A DNA stretch of 64,000 nucleotides from a virus. Location of the stretch: the IMG/VR virus record IMGVR_UViG_3300021226_000189. One strand, 5' to 3'. The notes under the pieces were generated by a model. It searched no databases and was not told the origin of the DNA. It saw nothing but the letters and a program-made list of their open reading frames with translations. Every line of letters begins with the position of its first letter. Position 1 is the first letter of the stretch. The position numbers and the translations under genes were made by a program. Positions 29,549-38,539 of the stretch are shown here, piece after piece.

Positions 29549-30384
29549 TTTTTCTTAATTTCTTTTAAAGATTTTCCGAATTCATCCATTTCAGCTAAAG
29601 GTGTCTGTGCTGGCAAATGTCCGTGTTTTTCGAAAAACACTTTATCAGCATTTTCGACATTTTTCACAAACGATGGACTGGAACAAATGGAAGATGTTTC
29701 CATTGACCACCCATCATCACCAATATATTCCCAAGAATTTTCAATATCAGCAAACCACCAAAAAGGAGGATGATATCCTTTTTTAATAATCTCATATGTG
29801 TGGTCAACGTGTTCACAAGCATTATAATATCTATCATCCATCAGACCGACATCACTTAAACATTTCCTAGAATAATATGAAAATGAACCAACGCAGTGTT
29901 GGTAAAACGATATTCCAATATCATCATACTTCACGGTTATTTTTGGATTAGGGGTGATATTACCCATATCATCTCTCACTTTATTAGCAAATCCATGTTG
30001 TGAAAAATTGAAGTGTTGGATACCACTTTTCTTAGAGGCGTTAATATATGCTCGAAATACATCAGGTTTTTTGATAAACATATCATCTTCAATCAAGAAG
30101 ATATGCTCACACCCAACGTCAATTAAAAATGATAATGCTCTATTTTTAGAAGCACCCACTCCTATATTTTTTTGGAGTGTTTCTATACGTGTTTGTTTGT
30201 TTCGCCAAACAAAAGATCCTTCGACATATCCACCGTCACCGTAAGATCGTTCATTTTTTGTGTCCTCGAAAACATACAAGACATCAATGTGAGCATCACA
30301 TTGCCGAAGCGATTCTTCTAATTTTTTATACATGTCGGGTCTTCCGCATGTGATGATACCAACTCCTATTTTATCAATCCTCAT
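29536..30384 (-). CDS. Glycosyltransferase family 2
   Basis: GIITCGRP, NIGVGASKN, FLIEDD, GLMDDRY...EH. Confidence 0.85.
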   Translation of the reverse strand: MRIDKIGVGIITCGRPDMYKKLEESLRQCDAHIDVLYVFEDTKNERSYGDGGYVEGSFVWRNKQTRIETLQKNIGVGASKNRALSFLIDVGCEHIFLIEDDMFIKKPDVFRAYINASKKSGIQHFNFSQHGFANKVRDDMGNITPNPKITVKYDDIGISFYQHCVGSFSYYSRKCLSDVGLMDDRYYNACEHVDHTYEIIKKGYHPPFWWFADIENSWEYIGDDGWSMETSSICSSPSFVKNVENADKVFFEKHGHLPAQTPLAEMDEFGKSLKEIKKKWMI

Positions 30385-31118
30385 ACTTTAAAATTCTTAA
30401 TTTGTTTAGTCAAATTCTTAAATTCGTTATCTTTTTCTTTCCACTGACCTTGTTCTTTCAACATTTGTTCCATCATCTCTAAATTTTTAGGATCGAGAAC
30501 ACTGCTTTCCGTTTCAATTAAATCACCTTTTGTATTGATAAATTCACCAACCCAAGCAATTCTATCATCAAGATTTGGGATATTTTCAATGGGAATGATT
30601 GCAGGGCAGTCCTCTGAAATAAAGAAAGGTGTATCCTCTAAGTGATCAGAATACTGTTCGTAAAGTCCTGTGAAGATATCATCAATTTCTTTAACATATT
30701 CTAGATTTGTGTCTCTCAATCCATCAGCAACTACTTTAATAGAGGGGTCGTATTTAATCCAGAAAATAATATCAAGATTCTTCAAAGAACGACGAACTAC
30801 ATCAACAGTAATACCAAGAACATCTTCCGATACCAAATCTCTTTCAGTGGCATGGAGAGTGTATACCAAGTTGTCTAAAGGGCAACGATCATACACCACA
30901 TATTTTTCATTTTTATTTATCTCCAAAGATTGTGTCATCCAATCTAAAATAAGTAATTGTGTCTCCGCTGTGGTATTTGACGAATGCTTTAGATCATTCT
31001 CCTTGATAATATCTCTATATGTTTTAAGTGGGGTTTTATACATCGGCCATTTTTGTAAAAATGACTTAATCAATGTCGATTTTCCAGTATTATGCGCTCC
31101 AGCAAATGCGATTTTCAT
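30381..31118 (-). CDS. P-loop nucleotide kinase (dNMP kinase / AAA_28-like)
   Basis: GAHNTGKST, VVYDRCPLD. Confidence 0.75.
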   Translation of the reverse strand: MKIAFAGAHNTGKSTLIKSFLQKWPMYKTPLKTYRDIIKENDLKHSSNTTAETQLLILDWMTQSLEINKNEKYVVYDRCPLDNLVYTLHATERDLVSEDVLGITVDVVRRSLKNLDIIFWIKYDPSIKVVADGLRDTNLEYVKEIDDIFTGLYEQYSDHLEDTPFFISEDCPAIIPIENIPNLDDRIAWVGEFINTKGDLIETESSVLDPKNLEMMEQMLKEQGQWKEKDNEFKNLTKQIKNFKV

Positions 31119-31125
31119 ATCAATA

Positions 31126-31153
31126 AATTTACCAAGAGATTGATAAAAATCAA
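31126..31153 (-). promoter_or_regulatory. sigma70-like promoter TTGATT-N16-TAAATT with TGn
   Basis: Upstream of the kinase-glycosyltransferase operon. Confidence 0.55.
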
Positions 31154-31180
31154 GTGTCTTTCTGTTAAATAATAATACAT

Positions 31181-31918
31181 ATGTCAGTTAAAAAGACACC
31201 TCGCAAGAGGAAAGAACGGGATGTGACAGAAGAATTTACTGAACACATCAAAAAGGGATTTGATTTAGCAAATTTGTATTTGAAAAACAATTACCCAATG
31301 ACTGATAATCAACAGACATTTTATTATATGTCTCAAAGTCCGAGAAATAATATGGTGTTTGTGAATGGACCAGCGGGGAGCGCGAAAACGCATTTAGCGG
31401 TATTTTCTGCGTTGGAGCTTCTGAAAAATGGACATGTTGATAAAATAATCTACATTCGTTCTGTGGTGGAAAGTTCTTCTCGTTCTATCGGATACTTGAA
31501 AGGGGATGAGAATGAAAAGTTCTTACCTTATATCATGCCGATGCTTGATAAATTAAATGAAATTTTATCTAAGCCTGATATTACTCATTTGATGGAAAAT
31601 GAATACATTAAAGCAATACCAGTAAACTTTGTTAGGGGTCTTACATTTCATCGCTGTGCCGTGATCATTGATGAAGCTCAGAACATGACAAGAGGAGAGT
31701 TGACTACCATTCTAACTAGATTCGGTAAACACTCACGATACTTCGTATTGGGAGATGCTGCACAAGCAGATATCAAAGACTCTGGTTTCACTTCCGTGTA
31801 TGAAGCATTTGACACTGATTACTCAAGAAAAAATGAGATTCAATGTGTCAAATTTGATACGGGAGATATTGTGAGATCACAAATACTGAAGCACATCACG
31901 CAAGTCTTGAAAGTCTAA
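31181..31918 (+). CDS. phoH: PhoH-family ATPase
   Basis: GPAGSAKT, RGLTF, IIDEAQN, LTRFG, GDAAQ. TAAATA at 31166-31171. Confidence 0.95.
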   Translation: MSVKKTPRKRKERDVTEEFTEHIKKGFDLANLYLKNNYPMTDNQQTFYYMSQSPRNNMVFVNGPAGSAKTHLAVFSALELLKNGHVDKIIYIRSVVESSSRSIGYLKGDENEKFLPYIMPMLDKLNEILSKPDITHLMENEYIKAIPVNFVRGLTFHRCAVIIDEAQNMTRGELTTILTRFGKHSRYFVLGDAAQADIKDSGFTSVYEAFDTDYSRKNEIQCVKFDTGDIVRSQILKHITQVLKV

Positions 31919-31930
31919 ATTGACTGAACT

Positions 31931-32014
31931 TTATTGTGGGGTATCTTGAATTTTTTCATCATCTACAACGATCTTGAAAAATTCATCTTCATGTACTAAA
32001 ATTTCTACTTCCAT
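31931..32014 (-). CDS. Possible 27-aa acidic mini-protein
   Basis: MEVEILVHEDEFFKIVVDDEKIQDTPQ, with TAAATA at 32020-32025. Too short to be certain. Confidence 0.3.
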   Translation of the reverse strand: MEVEILVHEDEFFKIVVDDEKIQDTPQ

Positions 32015-32052
32015 GAGTCTATTTATGCTAAAGACATAAGTGTCAAGTTTTA

Positions 32053-32574
32053 TTATCTAACTGGTCTGGTATTTTTATTTTTTTTAACTGGTCTGGTATT
32101 TTTATCATTTAACGGTCTAGCACTATTATCCCAATACTCATTACCCATGAAATGATTGGATACTGGTTTAATGATCCATTTGAATTCATCTTTATCTTTA
32201 TTAAACAAAATCACTGCTTGTGGTCTGGCATATTTTCTACCAGGAACGGTTTCCCCCGTTTGTTGATTTATACCTTTTTGAGCTACCTGTAAAACATAAT
32301 GCTGCCCATCAGGAAAGTTTTTACCTTTTTTAATTTTTCCCTGTTCGGTAGGAACTGGAACGTAACCCTGTTCTTCCATCCAGTCTAACATACGTTCCTC
32401 TAGAGTTTGATATGCCTTTCTAATTCTTCTATAAGCTTCTCTACCACCTTGTTTGATATTGGAAATATTTTTCGCAGTCTGTGGCATAATAACACTACCA
32501 ACTTCCTTCAAACCTTGTCCGAAAGCTGACCAAAATCCTTCTTCAAGTAATTCTTTTTGTTTAATTTTATACAT
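32053..32574 (-). CDS. Hypothetical late / internal-protein-like
   Basis: Leader MYKIKQKELLEE. C-terminal 21-bp duplication (32058-32078 and 32085-32105) encodes KNTRPV twice. Confidence 0.65.
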   Translation of the reverse strand: MYKIKQKELLEEGFWSAFGQGLKEVGSVIMPQTAKNISNIKQGGREAYRRIRKAYQTLEERMLDWMEEQGYVPVPTEQGKIKKGKNFPDGQHYVLQVAQKGINQQTGETVPGRKYARPQAVILFNKDKDEFKWIIKPVSNHFMGNEYWDNSARPLNDKNTRPVKKNKNTRPVR

Positions 32575-33025
32575 CTACTGTTATATTTTGGTTTGCTACA
32601 TTATTCAATGCTACATCAATCAGAGCATCCAATTCGTCTTTGATAAAATCTTTTCCAATTAAAACTTTATGATCGTTGGTGGATCTATTTCCGATTGAAA
32701 AAGGAATACTGGTAAATTTTTTACCACCGATAATACAGTCAAATAAACAAACTGGTCTATCAACGGTGTTGCCCTCTCCGATATTTATTCTTATGGTATC
32801 TTCAACAGGTTTCTCTAATCTCATGGCATTGACAGTTGTAAATCTTACTATTTGATTTTTTGTTTTTTTATCTTCACCCCACTCAACATCTTCACCGTGT
32901 AACACATTGTGTGCGCCATTACCAGAATCTAATTTAGCTGGTATAGTTCCGATTCCTTCGATTTTAATGTCTTCGACTAAACCCAAGACATTTTTTTCCA
33001 CAAAAAATTGTTTGAAACTTCTCAT
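32567..33025 (-). CDS. Retropepsin-like / RimK-associated putative protease
   Basis: IPAKLDSG, RPVC, FSIGNRS, VLIGKDF. Leader MRSFKQFFVE. Confidence 0.8.
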   Translation of the reverse strand: MRSFKQFFVEKNVLGLVEDIKIEGIGTIPAKLDSGNGAHNVLHGEDVEWGEDKKTKNQIVRFTTVNAMRLEKPVEDTIRINIGEGNTVDRPVCLFDCIIGGKKFTSIPFSIGNRSTNDHKVLIGKDFIKDELDALIDVALNNVANQNITVDV

Positions 33026-33030
33026 TCATT

Positions 33031-33492
33031 TTAGAATCGGTTGAAATCATCAGCTTGTTCAAAGCCAGTATTTGCAAAATCAGCTTTAGCATCGAGACGA
33101 TGCCAGACATCAGAAACATAAGTAGAAGAAATAGTAATAGCAGAGACCATCCAATCTTCAAATTCCGCAGAATCTTTCATATCATAGAGTCTTTTAGCAT
33201 ATTCGGCAAGCTTTTTCAATTCGGAAACCAAAACTTCATTCACTTCATGGGTTTCTACTGGACCGACTGGATCAATTTCCATGACCATTCCTTGGGCTTT
33301 TCCACCACCTAAATCATCCGACATGTCATCATCAAATTCCATCCCATCATCTTCAAATTCGTCGTCACCGAATTCATCATCGGAAAAGTCATCTTCCATG
33401 TCCATATCAAGATCGTCATCAAATCCTTCGTTGATGGTTTTACCACGGAAAGACTTCCAAATCATTTCATTTTCTTCTCCTTTGAATTTCAT
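33031..33492 (-). CDS. Acidic hypothetical late protein
   Basis: D/E/M-rich N-terminal half, TAAATA at 33498-33503. Confidence 0.7.
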   Translation of the reverse strand: MKFKGEENEMIWKSFRGKTINEGFDDDLDMDMEDDFSDDEFGDDEFEDDGMEFDDDMSDDLGGGKAQGMVMEIDPVGPVETHEVNEVLVSELKKLAEYAKRLYDMKDSAEFEDWMVSAITISSTYVSDVWHRLDAKADFANTGFEQADDFNRF

Positions 33493-33500
33493 AATATTAT

Positions 33501-33905
33501 TTAGCTAATTGAATCTAAATTATCTCTCAATTCTTGTCCTTCTTGTGCAGGTCGAATTATAGGAAGTATTTGAGTTTGATAAATATCCTTCGCAGTTTTG
33601 CCCGAACTTTGAATTGTTTTGACAGTATCTGGTTTTTTCAACAAATCTAAGAAATTTTCTAAAACAATTCTGTCATTACCTGATGGTCTAGGCTCCATTA
33701 AAGCTGCTAATACCACATCTTCGATATAACGAATTTCTGCTTGAGAACTCAATGGAATTGTTTCTGGTTCTTCCGCTGGCATTGGAGGTGCTTCTTGCCC
33801 CATATCTGCACTCGGATCACCTTCCATACCCATCTCAGGATTTTGTTCATCCTGTTCAACGATGCGGCGGTAATGCTCAATTAATCTTAAAGTTTTCGAT
33901 TTCAT
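33501..33905 (-). CDS. Hypothetical late protein
   Basis: Leader MKSKTLRLIEHYRRIVE, Pro/Glu-rich linker. Confidence 0.7.
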   Translation of the reverse strand: MKSKTLRLIEHYRRIVEQDEQNPEMGMEGDPSADMGQEAPPMPAEEPETIPLSSQAEIRYIEDVVLAALMEPRPSGNDRIVLENFLDLLKKPDTVKTIQSSGKTAKDIYQTQILPIIRPAQEGQELRDNLDSIS

Positions 33906-33906
33906 A

Positions 33907-34314
33907 TTATCTTACTGCGCTAACTCTCAATGTTTGTGATGCTTTATCAATCGCTTTCAAAGTCTCTTCGTTACGTTTTTTCAAATAGTTATTCAATTTC
34001 GGAATCACTTTTTTATCACCCTCCTCTTTAGTCTTCTTCAACTGTCTTTTAGTCGTCATGAAGGGTTTTTTGTAAATCGGTGCTTGGTCGTAACTATCAA
34101 TCGTATCGTCGGCAATTTTATCTGGATTGATCTGATAATTTTTTACGGCTTCCAAAACTACGTTACCCTTTTGAGTGTGTAGAATTATTTTATTTCCTTT
34201 AGAAGTAAAAGGAATTTTCTTTTCATGTAGAAACATTTTCGCCTCCAAAGCTGCATCCATTTTAGACTCATTTGCTGGATCATGTTCTTCAAGGATTTCT
34301 AAAAATTTGCTCAT
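33907..34314 (-). CDS. Hypothetical late protein
   Basis: Leader MSKFLEILEE, TAAATA at 34320-34325. Confidence 0.7.
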   Translation of the reverse strand: MSKFLEILEEHDPANESKMDAALEAKMFLHEKKIPFTSKGNKIILHTQKGNVVLEAVKNYQINPDKIADDTIDSYDQAPIYKKPFMTTKRQLKKTKEEGDKKVIPKLNNYLKKRNEETLKAIDKASQTLRVSAVR

Positions 34315-34318
34315 AGAA

Positions 34319-34819
34319 TTATTTAATCAAAATAGTCATCTTATTGGTAACTTCTTGAAAATATTGCTCATTGAGAAATGTGAGACCCTCTTTTTCCAAA
34401 TATTTGGAAATCTTTCGGAATGATGGTGTTTGTTTATTCTGAAACGCTGATTCAAATTCCGAGATCACTTCAGCGTTCCAAATTTTCAAAAGATATTCCA
34501 ATTTCTCAAAATCATAATTCTTCTCGATGATATTAATTTTGAATATTCTACGAACTTTTTTCAAAAGTTGATTACGAAACTTATCCTTTGTTAAAGTATT
34601 TGAAAAAAATACAAAATCTATTCTGGTGTATTTCAAAAATTCAGTGAATGTTTTGATAAATTCGTGAGTATACAATTTCTGATTATTTCTTTTAGAAAAA
34701 TCAAAAGTTGCCGTTAATCCTAAATTTTCCAACAGTATTGCAAAATTTTCATTGGTTTCTTTGAAAACCTCATCAATGTCAATGATCTGTTTGTTATTTC
34801 TGAAATAAATTCTACTCAC
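34319..34819 (-). CDS. Hypothetical protein
   Basis: 166-aa ORF coupled to the upstream gene by an ATGA-type overlap. Confidence 0.6.
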   Translation of the reverse strand: MSRIYFRNNKQIIDIDEVFKETNENFAILLENLGLTATFDFSKRNNQKLYTHEFIKTFTEFLKYTRIDFVFFSNTLTKDKFRNQLLKKVRRIFKINIIEKNYDFEKLEYLLKIWNAEVISEFESAFQNKQTPSFRKISKYLEKEGLTFLNEQYFQEVTNKMTILIK

Positions 34820-35280
34820 AACCCAAGTGTAGCAGGATCTCTTTCGATGTCAACGTAATTTTTGGGGATGACTCCTAAGCGGACATTTAGAATGCCATTG
34901 TAATATCGTTGATCCATCAAAGCATTGCATTTGATTTGCCATATCAATTCTGCATAAGTCATATGGAATTTTGAGTAGCAGACCTCTATCACTTCTTTTG
35001 AGAAATGCTCAATCCCATATTTTTCAATGTCAGAAAGCAATTCTTTAGAAGAACCCCAATATTTCTCAACATCGTTATCAACATAAGAAATTCTATTGCG
35101 CGTTTTACCTTTCAATGGTTTGCGTTTTAACTTTTTGAGTAATTTCTTTTGTCCAATGTAGTATTTCTTTTTTGAATCTGGATGGTTATTGCGAATCAGA
35201 TACACGAATCCCACAACACCTTCCGTATCGGTTGGGAAATTTTTCCATGTGCTTGGGGCTTGACTTTCTGTTTTTTGCAT
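34816..35280 (-). CDS. GIY-YIG-like nuclease
   Basis: GFVYLI...YYIGQK...YWGSS...FSKEVI...E...YYN. Confidence 0.75.
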   Translation of the reverse strand: MQKTESQAPSTWKNFPTDTEGVVGFVYLIRNNHPDSKKKYYIGQKKLLKKLKRKPLKGKTRNRISYVDNDVEKYWGSSKELLSDIEKYGIEHFSKEVIEVCYSKFHMTYAELIWQIKCNALMDQRYYNGILNVRLGVIPKNYVDIERDPATLGL

Positions 35281-35700
35281 TTATATTTAATTATAATTGA
35301 TTTTGATTTATTATTATTTATTGTACATTAATCATAATCAATATCTAATGATAAGCTCATAGGTATTGTTTCGTTTTAATTTTTATATGTTATTATTTTT
35401 AACATTATTAATTATAACAATATCTAATTAAAAGATAATGATAAGCTAATCAATCAGATGATTTTTTTTTCTTTTATTTCTTTCTTTAGTTATCTTTAAT
35501 CAAAGTTAATATATAATCTATATCTAATGATAAGATAATTAATTATAATAATAAAATAGCTATTGACAAATGAATATGTCGTGCATAATTAATGGGAGGG
35601 GGGTGGGAATAGATGTACAATATATTAATCAAATATAGTTAAATTTAATCGCGGGAAAATTTTTGAAACATCCGTTTGACATCTAAAAAATCTGTGTTAC
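35281..35700. other. AT-rich intergenic region at the strand switch; putative replication origin
   Basis: TAATGATAAG at 35346, 35436 and 35525; T-rich tract 35461-35490; G-run 35594-35607. Confidence 0.5.
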
Positions 35701-35703
35701 TTT
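35676..35703 (+). promoter_or_regulatory. sigma70-like early promoter TTGACA-N16-TACTTT with TGn
   Basis: 6 nt upstream of the methyltransferase ATG. Confidence 0.7.
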
Positions 35704-35709
35704 CGAAAC

Positions 35710-36636
35710 ATGGAACTGAATTACATCAAAAATATCGACGCAATGGCTGGATTGGAGGAATTACCCGACAAATCAATCCATTGTTGCGCCACCTCTCCAC
35801 CGTATTACAATCTTCGCCAATACACAGAAGATGAAAACGAATTTGGATTGGCAGAGACACCCGAAGATTTTGTCAATGGTTTATGTGATTATTATGATGA
35901 AGTCTACCGTGTTTTGCGAGATGATGGTGTGGTATTTGTCAATTTGGGTGATACCTATCTCGGAAGTGGTAAAGGTGTGTGGAAAGGTAGAGAAGAGGCT
36001 CAAAAGGAGTCTTTCCAATTCAAAGAAAAACCTAAAGAAAAATTGGGTGGCTGGAGAAAACCGAAACAATTGGCACTAATTCCTTTCCGTTTTGCCATTG
36101 AGATGCAGAACAGAGGTTGGATTTTGCGAAATAATATCGTTTGGCATAAGGGAAACGCACTGCCTCAAAGTGTGACAGATCGTTTTGTTGTTGATTTTGA
36201 ATCGGTTTTCATGTTTGTGAAAAGCAAATCATATTATTTCAAACAACAAATTGAACCATTCGCCAATGCTTCCAATCCGAATGAAGTGTATACAGGTGAA
36301 GCTACGAAGGATTACGAGTCTCAGAAGGCTCAGAACCCAAGTGATACCAAAAGACGCATTTTAGAGGGTATGCGTAAGCGAGGAGGACGATCCATGCGAG
36401 CAGTGTGGAAGATCAATACCAAACCCAACAAGTCCGTTCATACAGCGACATTTCCTGAAGAATTGGTGGAACGTATGTTGAAAAGTGGTTGTCCTGAAAA
36501 CGGTGTTGTATTAGACTTTTTCATGGGTTCAGGAACAACAGGTGTTGTCGCCAAAAAATTGGGCATGAATTACATCGGATTCGATTTGAATCCTGAATAT
36601 TGTGAAGTCGCAAGAAATAGAATCAATTCTTTTTAA
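35710..36636 (+). CDS. Orphan amino-DNA methyltransferase (N4C/N6A, beta class)
   Basis: TSPPY, IVWHKGN, HTATFPEEL, LDFFMGSGTT. Confidence 0.92.
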   Translation: MELNYIKNIDAMAGLEELPDKSIHCCATSPPYYNLRQYTEDENEFGLAETPEDFVNGLCDYYDEVYRVLRDDGVVFVNLGDTYLGSGKGVWKGREEAQKESFQFKEKPKEKLGGWRKPKQLALIPFRFAIEMQNRGWILRNNIVWHKGNALPQSVTDRFVVDFESVFMFVKSKSYYFKQQIEPFANASNPNEVYTGEATKDYESQKAQNPSDTKRRILEGMRKRGGRSMRAVWKINTKPNKSVHTATFPEELVERMLKSGCPENGVVLDFFMGSGTTGVVAKKLGMNYIGFDLNPEYCEVARNRINSF

Positions 36637-36856
36637 TTTTCTTCTTACGTCTCTTTTTCAATTTACCTTTTCTGGTGGTGATTCCCATCCCATAAGGATT
36701 TCTAGCGTCTCCAGGTGCAAACCAGTCGGTGTTTTCAATACCTGCGTGTCCTGCGACATCACCACCGTAAACATCACCAGCAGTCATATCCTCATTCAAC
36801 ATTTGTTGATAAATATTGGCGATTTCATTTTTATCGTTGACAAAGGGTTGATTCAT
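36623..36856 (-). CDS. Small late protein with a basic C-terminal tail
   Basis: TAAATA at 36862-36867, leader ending QMLNE, tail RKGKLKKRRKKKIKKN. Confidence 0.6.
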   Translation of the reverse strand: MNQPFVNDKNEIANIYQQMLNEDMTAGDVYGGDVAGHAGIENTDWFAPGDARNPYGMGITTRKGKLKKRRKKKIKKN

Positions 36857-36864
36857 GTTATTAT
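36837..36864 (+). promoter_or_regulatory. sigma70-like early promoter TTGACA-N16-TATTAT with TGn
   Basis: 7 nt upstream of the ATG at 36872. Confidence 0.7.
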
Positions 36865-36871
36865 TTAATCA

Positions 36872-37243
36872 ATGAACGAAGAAGTAGTTGTCGATGAAAA
36901 ATTTTTAGGAGAGGTTATCACCGATTTGGTGAAATCTTTTGACGATGATTTGTATTCTAAAACAAACAATGAGTTGAAAGAAGATTGGTATTGGAATTGG
37001 AACCCTGAACATTCGGTGAAATACAATACCTACAAATTCTTCGACATGCTTTCAATGTATCAGCGCATTTGCAGACGTTGGGAAGAAAAACATAATGGAA
37101 TTACCTGTGTTGTAGAAAGGGTTCGTGATAAATATCTCATGCCAAAAATTCCTGAATTTTTGGAAATTTTAGAAAACCATTTCGAAAGAAGTTCTTCCGA
37201 TTTTAGGGATTATCAAGAAAATTTAGACGAAATTGAAAAATGA
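36872..37243 (+). CDS. Hypothetical protein
   Basis: 123-aa ORF directly after a promoter. Confidence 0.65.
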   Translation: MNEEVVVDEKFLGEVITDLVKSFDDDLYSKTNNELKEDWYWNWNPEHSVKYNTYKFFDMLSMYQRICRRWEEKHNGITCVVERVRDKYLMPKIPEFLEILENHFERSSSDFRDYQENLDEIEK

Positions 37244-37593
37244 TCAAAGTGGTGAACAAATCAACCCATAAACCAACGACCAACGATATTTACATTGGTC
37301 GTGGTTCAATTGTGGGTAATCCTTTTCATTCCAAAGAATCCAACCACCCTCAAGCTCTATGTAAAGTGGAAACCACTGAAGAAGCTATTGAGGGGTATAA
37401 AAAACATTTCGATCATTCCTATTTCAATGATGCGACTTTTCATAAATTTGTCCGTGAATTGATTAACCGAGAGTTGGATGGTTTGGATACAAATCTTGTT
37501 TGTTACTGCGCTCCGAATAAATGTCATGGGGATATTATTAAAAAATTTGTCGAAGATGCGTCGAACCAAATCCGCTGGTCTTCTTTTATGTGA
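37240..37593 (+). CDS. DUF4326-family protein
   Basis: IYIGRGSIVGNPF, LVCYCAPNKCHGDII. Confidence 0.85.
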   Translation: MIKVVNKSTHKPTTNDIYIGRGSIVGNPFHSKESNHPQALCKVETTEEAIEGYKKHFDHSYFNDATFHKFVRELINRELDGLDTNLVCYCAPNKCHGDIIKKFVEDASNQIRWSSFM

Positions 37594-37997
37594 AAAATAT
37601 GAGCTACGAACTGATTAAAAAATATCAACAACAATACGAAGAATTTACTAAGATAGATGACTTCAATCTCGAAGATGTTACACGCAGAGTTCCTGCTGAG
37701 AAGCATTTTTGGGTGTGTCGTCTTATTGATGCAAAGATTGAGAAGGACAAGCTCTACAAGCAGAAAGCAGTGACCAAACACACACTTCAGAAGAAGCTCA
37801 TTGGCGAGTCTCCAGTAGCTCTCAACAAGCAAGTTTTTGATGATCTGGATAAGACCCCTTCATTAGAAGCGATTAATCAAAAAATTAAAGAACAAGAGTA
37901 TCTCATCGAATATCTGGAAAAATTAGTAAGTCAGATTACTTTCATTGGTAATGATATTAAAAATATAATTGAAATCAAGAAAATCCAAGAACAATAA
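37590..37997 (+). CDS. uvsY: Recombination mediator UvsY-like
   Basis: Helical 135 aa, IDDFNL...P..KHFW, C-terminal IKNIIE, just upstream of uvsW. Confidence 0.65.
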   Translation: MKNMSYELIKKYQQQYEEFTKIDDFNLEDVTRRVPAEKHFWVCRLIDAKIEKDKLYKQKAVTKHTLQKKLIGESPVALNKQVFDDLDKTPSLEAINQKIKEQEYLIEYLEKLVSQITFIGNDIKNIIEIKKIQEQ

Positions 37998-38212
37998 TGA
38001 TATTCAACATACATTCACACGAAGTAGATATTGCTAACTATAGAATTTGCATAGATACTAATAATACAACTACTCAAATTTCCAATGGGCAACGATTTGT
38101 TACAAATGTTATAATGGATGGTAATGATGATAATCTTAAATTGGCAACATCACTTAGATATTTGGCAGATATGTTGGAATTTCAATGGGAGACAATAGAA
38201 AAAGAGAATTAA
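37997..38212 (+). CDS. Hypothetical protein
   Basis: 71-aa ORF filling the operon gap. Confidence 0.5.
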   Translation: MIFNIHSHEVDIANYRICIDTNNTTTQISNGQRFVTNVIMDGNDDNLKLATSLRYLADMLEFQWETIEKEN

Positions 38213-38215
38213 ATT

Positions 38216-38539
38216 ATGGAAAATAAACCAGAAGATTTTAAAGTATATCACCATGCAATTCCTGTAAAAGAGAGTTCGTATTCGTTTACAAGCGTTGGCG
38301 TATTACCTGAACTTATCGGGAAACCTTGGAATGAAATAACGATGTGTTATGTTCTTTCGTTGGAACCCGCTGCAATTAGAGTATCGGATGGAATGGTTAC
38401 ATTAGATTCTCACACAGGACGAATTACTGTCATAGTAAATGATGAAAATAATATCCAAAAAATTTACAAAGAAGTGAGAATACCTGTTCCAGATGACATG
38501 TTTGCTTCTGATCTACAACAGGCATTAATGAGATTGTGA
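38216..38539 (+). CDS. Hypothetical protein resembling peptidase inhibitor I78 / potato-inhibitor fold
   Basis: LIGKP...IRV...MVTLDSHTGRITVIVNDENNIQKI. Confidence 0.45.
   Translation: MENKPEDFKVYHHAIPVKESSYSFTSVGVLPELIGKPWNEITMCYVLSLEPAAIRVSDGMVTLDSHTGRITVIVNDENNIQKIYKEVRIPVPDDMFASDLQQALMRL

Noticed and set aside
34816-35280. Mobile homing endonuclease
   Set aside because: Only a catalytic GIY-YIG-like domain with no C-terminal DNA-binding repeats and no interrupted host gene. Treated as an ordinary nuclease.
35563-35589. sigma70 promoter TTGACA...CATAAT in the origin-like gap
   Set aside because: The spacer is 15 bp, which does not fit the 16-bp pattern, and there is no adjacent ORF. Left unresolved.
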